Source: Eledone cirrhosa
Lineage: Eukaryota
Direction of reading: 5' to 3'
Length of the DNA: 64,000 nucleotides
Assembly (NCBI GenBank): GCA_964016885.1
Contig: OZ024743.1
Coordinates: forward strand, 2,914,001-2,978,000
Notes under the pieces: generated by a model
Database searches by the model: none
What the model was told of the DNA's origin: nothing
What the model saw: the letters and a program-made list of their open reading frames with translations, nothing else
Position numbers and translations under genes: made by a program
In this document: positions 61,601 through 64,000 of the stretch, piece by piece
Layout: each line of letters begins with the position of its first letter
Position numbering within the stretch: position 1 is the first letter of the stretch

Positions 61601-64000
61601 CCACCACCACAATACAACACCACCACAATACAACACCACCACAATACACCACCACCACAATACAACACCACCACAATACAACACCACCACAGTACACCAC
61701 CACCACAATACAACACCACCACAGTACACCACCACCACAATACAACACCACCACAATACAACACCACCACAATACAACACCACCACAGTACACCACCACC
61801 ACAGTACACCACCACCACAATACAACACCACCACAATACAACACCACCACAATACAACACCACCACAATACAACACCACCACAGTACACCACCACCACAA
61901 TACAACACCACCACAATACACCACCACCACAATACACCACCACCACAGTACAACACCACCACAGTACACCACCACCACAGTACACCACCACCACAATACA
62001 CCACCACCACAATACAACACCACCACAATACAACACCACCACAGTACAACACCACCACAATACACCACCACCACAATACAACACCACCACAATACAACAC
62101 CACCACAATACAACACCACCACAGTACACCACCACCACAATACACCACCACCACAATACACCACCACCACCACCACCACAATACACCACCACCACAATAC
62201 ACCAACACCACCACAATACACCACCACCACAATACAACACCACCACAATACAACACCACCACAATACACCACCACCACAATACAACACCACCACAATACA
62301 ACACCACCACAGTACAACACCACCACAGTACACCACCACCACAATACAACACCACCACAATACAACACCACCACAGTACAACACCACCACAGTACACCAC
62401 CACCACAGTACACCACCACCACAATACAACACCACCACAATACAACACCACCACAATACACCACCACCACAGTACACCACCACCACCACAATACAACACC
62501 ACCACAGTACACCACCACCACAATACACCACCACCACAGTACACCACCACCACAATACAACACCACCACAATACAACACCACCACAATACACCACCACCA
62601 CAGTACACCACCACCACAATACAACACCACCACAATACAACACCACCACCACAATACACCACCACCACAGTACACCACCACCACAATACAACACCACCAC
62701 AGTACACCACCACCACAATACAACACCACCACAATACAACACCACCACAGTACACCACCACCACAATACACCACCACCACAATACACCACCACCACAATA
62801 CAACACCACCACAATACAACACCACCACAATACAACACCACCACAATACAACACCACCACAATACAACACCACCACAATACAACACCACCACAATACACC
62901 ACCACCACAATACACCACCACCACAATACAACACCACCACAATACAACACCACCACAATACACCACCACCACAATACAACACCACCACAATACAACACCA
63001 CCACAATACAACACCACCACAGTACACCGCCACCACAATACAACACCACCACAATACAACACCACCACAATACACCACCACCACAATACAACACCACCAC
63101 AATACAACACCACCACAATACACCACCACCACAATACAACACCACCACAATACAACACCACCACAATACAACACCACCACAATACACCACCACCACAATA
63201 CAACACCACCACAATACAACACCACCACAATACAACACCACCACAATACACCACCACCACAATACACCACCACCACAATACACCACCACCACAGTACACC
63301 ACCACCACAATACAACACCACCACAATACAACACCACCACAGTACACCACCACCACAGTACACCACCACCACAATACAACACCACCACAATACAACACCA
63401 CCACAATACAACACCACCACAATACACCACCACCACAGTACACCACCACCACAATACAACACCACCACAATACAACACCACCACAATACAACACCACCAC
63501 AATACACCACCACCACAGTACACCACCACCACAATACAACACCACCACAATACAACACCACCACAATACACCACCACCACAATACACCACCACCACAATA
63601 CAACACCACCACAATACACCACCACCACAGTACACCACCACCACAATACAACACCACCACAATACACCACCACCACAGTACACCACCACCACAATACAAC
63701 ACCACCACAATACACCACCACCACAGTACACCACCACCACAATACAACACCACCACAATACAACACCACTACAATACACCACCACCACAGTACACCACCA
63801 CCACAGTACAACACCACCACAATACACCACCACCACAATACAACACCACCACAATACAACACCACCACAATACACCACCACCACAGTACACCACCACCAC
63901 AATACAACACCACCACAATACAACACCACCACAGTACACCACCACCACAGTACAACACTACCACAATACACCACCACCACAATACAACACCACAACAATA
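37626..64000. repeat. >26-kb satellite of 16-bp unit A(A/G)TACA(A/C)CACCACC(A/G)C, roughly 1650 units, continuing past the window end
   Basis: Direct parsing; units vary by three common substitutions and +/- one CAC. Confidence 0.98.

Noticed and set aside
37341-63998. Giant ORFs up to 5493 aa (HHHHNTPPPQYTTTT / WWWCIVVVVYCGG repeats) as a mucin, extensin or metal-binding protein
   Set aside because: The 16-bp unit has no stop codon on either strand and cycles through frames, so all six frames are open. There is no signal peptide, splice context or codon-position bias.
37626-64000. CRISPR array or telomeric repeat
   Set aside because: No unique spacers or cas genes, the context is eukaryotic, and the unit is not TTAGGG-like and grades out of local sequence.

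Overview
Eukaryotic, AT-rich, repeat-dominated metazoan DNA. The SINE/LINE repertoire and huge (TA)n tracts suggest a coleoid cephalopod such as Octopus (inference). The only host gene I can support is a Gab/DOS-family docking protein on the + strand, seen as two phase-compatible exons: a PH-domain exon (30497-30794) and a 1074-nt Tyr/Pro-motif exon (33788-34861). Neither the first coding exon nor the C-terminal exons were found, so most of the window is probably intronic. The non-exonic sequence holds a full-length RTE/BovB-type LINE (APE + RT + inserted C4HC3 PHD finger, with Asn at a catalytic Asp position), several truncated RTE copies, two tRNA-derived SINE families, TTAA and hAT MITEs, a Helitron with a reconstructable empty site, and long fold-back palindromes. 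At least 9 hammerhead-ribozyme-like motifs lie next to microsatellites, and there is a Penelope/Naiad-like ORF remnant. A 5.6-kb (TA)n tract switches interruption polarity in the middle, and a 200-N gap lies at 28771-28970. From 37.6 kb to the window end runs a >26-kb 16-bp CAC-rich satellite with a visible origin gradient and a ~9-kb higher-order duplication. All giant ORFs over the TA and CAC arrays are low-complexity artefacts. Alignments and folds were done by eye, so the boundaries of degraded repeats are approximate.
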